24,000 bases of DNA from Actimicrobium sp. CCI2.3 (GTDB taxonomy: Bacteria; Pseudomonadota; Gammaproteobacteria; Burkholderiales; Burkholderiaceae_D): assembly GCF_034313845.1 (NCBI RefSeq), contig NZ_JAVIWN010000003.1; one strand, 5' to 3'. Of the stretch, positions 23,011 to 24,000 are shown piece after piece. The stretch's first letter is position 1; every line of letters begins with the position of its first letter. The notes under the pieces are model-generated. The model was not told the DNA's origin, ran no database searches, and was given only the letters and a program-made list of their open reading frames with translations. A program made the translations under genes and the position numbers.

Positions 23011-23643
23011 CAATGCAAATTTCGGATCGTGGCCGAGCGCACTGTCAACGAACTCAACGGTACCTCCTGCCTGGCGCTCGAAGATGTGGCCCCCGCGAAA
23101 AAACAGATCATCGCCTCGCGCTCGTTTGGCCAGCCGGTGCTGACCATCGACGAACTCGGTGAGTCGGTTGCCAGTTACATGACCCGCGCCGCCGAAAAAT
23201 TACGCTTGCAGGGTTCGGTGTGCGAAGCGATCCAGGTCTTCGTGCAGACCAATCCGTTCAAGGCGTCAGACCGGCAATACAGCAACGCGGTCGTGGTGCC
23301 GCTGCCGAATGTGTCGGGCGATACCCGCTTGCTGATCCGCGCGGCCCTGTTCGGCCTGGAACAGATTTACCGGCCTGGCTACTACTACAAGAAAGCCGGT
23401 GTGATCCTGCAGGGTATTTCCAGCGCCTCAGTTCAGCAGCAATCGCTGTTTTCCACCTTCGGCGATGGCGACAAATCGGAAGCGATGATGATTACGCTCG
23501 ACGGATTGAACCAGCGTTTCGGCAAGGGCGCGGTGAGCGTGGCCGCCGCCGGTATCCGCAACGACTGGGCCATGAAGCGCGAACGGAAGACGCCGAACTA
23601 CACGACGTGCTGGAGCGAAATTCCGGTGGCCAGGGCGAATTAG
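23011..23643 (+). pseudogene. umuC: umuC (Y-family DNA polymerase V catalytic subunit), 5'-truncated: C-terminal ~210 codons only
   Basis: Translation is ...KFRIVAERTVNELNGTSCLALEDVAPAKKQIIASRSFGQPV...YYYKKAGVILQG...NDWAMKRERKTPNYTTCWSEIPVARAN*. From memory it aligns with E. coli UmuC from ...LERTVRELRGEPCLQLEE... to the C-terminus. The polymerase palm/finger half and any umuD are absent, and an in-frame stop lies at 22975-22977. Confidence 0.8.
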
Positions 23644-23651
23644 CGGTGCAG

Positions 23652-23670
23652 GCCGGCTACCGGCGTTTTT
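23652..23670 (+). terminator. Weak terminator-like hairpin after umuC remnant
   Basis: GCCGG-cta-CCGGC followed by GTTTTT. The stem is only 5 bp. Confidence 0.35.
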
Positions 23671-23765
23671 CCCGGCAAGCAGCATGCCGTTGAGCGGGGT
23701 GCTCGGATCCTGGCCGCTGTCACGGGTGTCGGCAACGCCCTCCGAAAACAGGTACGCTTGTTTCC

Positions 23766-24000
23766 ATGTGCGCCAACTACCAACCTCCCACCCGTGCCGA
23801 TCTCGAGGATTATTTCGGCGTTACGCTGTCCCTCAGCACCGATCCGGCGGAAGCCTATCCGGGGTCGCTGTCACCGATCGTTCGGCGCGCCGGTGACGCA
23901 ACGGACATCTCCGCCCGCCGGCGAGCGGACCTGGCAACATTCGGTCTAGTGCCGCATTGGGCTGACAGCACACTGGCGCGGCGGACCTATAACGCGCGCA
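23766..24000 (+). CDS. SOS-response-associated peptidase (SRAP/YedK-like), N-terminal part (runs off window)
   Basis: The frame is open from ATG 23766 to the window edge. Translation is MCANYQPPTRADLEDYFGV...GLVPHWA, with the invariant Met-Cys N-terminus and the LxPxW block of SRAP proteins. Confidence 0.7.
   Translation, partial: MCANYQPPTRADLEDYFGVTLSLSTDPAEAYPGSLSPIVRRAGDATDISARRRADLATFGLVPHWADSTLARRTYNAR

Noticed and set aside
1-24000. CRISPR arrays, integron attC sites, retron/DGR-type repeats
   Set aside because: I saw no regularly spaced direct repeats, no reverse transcriptase, and no template/variable repeat pairs in the sequence.

Overview
No database, HMM or structure search was possible; every family call comes from motifs read in the translations, and GC statements are by eye. 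The window has two parts.

**Left ~14.7 kb (GC-rich): a decaying, mosaic plasmid/ICE-like accessory region.**
- A vapC tail.
- A decayed parM/parR remnant.
- Two near-identical IS3-family copies in inverted orientation. One sits in that remnant and one in a yhcG/DUF1016 nuclease pseudogene.
- An intact parC-parM-parR-like actin-type partition cassette.
- A tyrosine recombinase flanked by two long non-coding regions that share a conserved motif.
- A 5'-truncated PLD/Nuc nuclease.
- An orphan ORF fused to a solo IS end.
- A translationally coupled three-gene operon on the minus strand (13918->8928): an unassignable 430-aa Cys/His-cluster protein, an SbcD/Mre11-like phosphoesterase and an 810-aa SbcC/Rad50-like coiled-coil ATPase.
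- An RHH/ParE toxin-antitoxin pair divergent from that operon.

The three-gene operon is my best candidate for an undescribed system. It could be mobile-element-borne DNA-end sensing or defence, or alternatively a phage/plasmid recombination module.

**Right ~9 kb (lower GC): looks chromosomal.**
- A Pro/Asn-rich lipoprotein and a DUF1345 membrane protein.
- A GntR-SDR-MFS-BKACE catabolic cluster.
- A 5'-truncated umuC and the start of an SRAP (YedK-like) gene.

I saw no rRNA, tRNA or CRISPR array.
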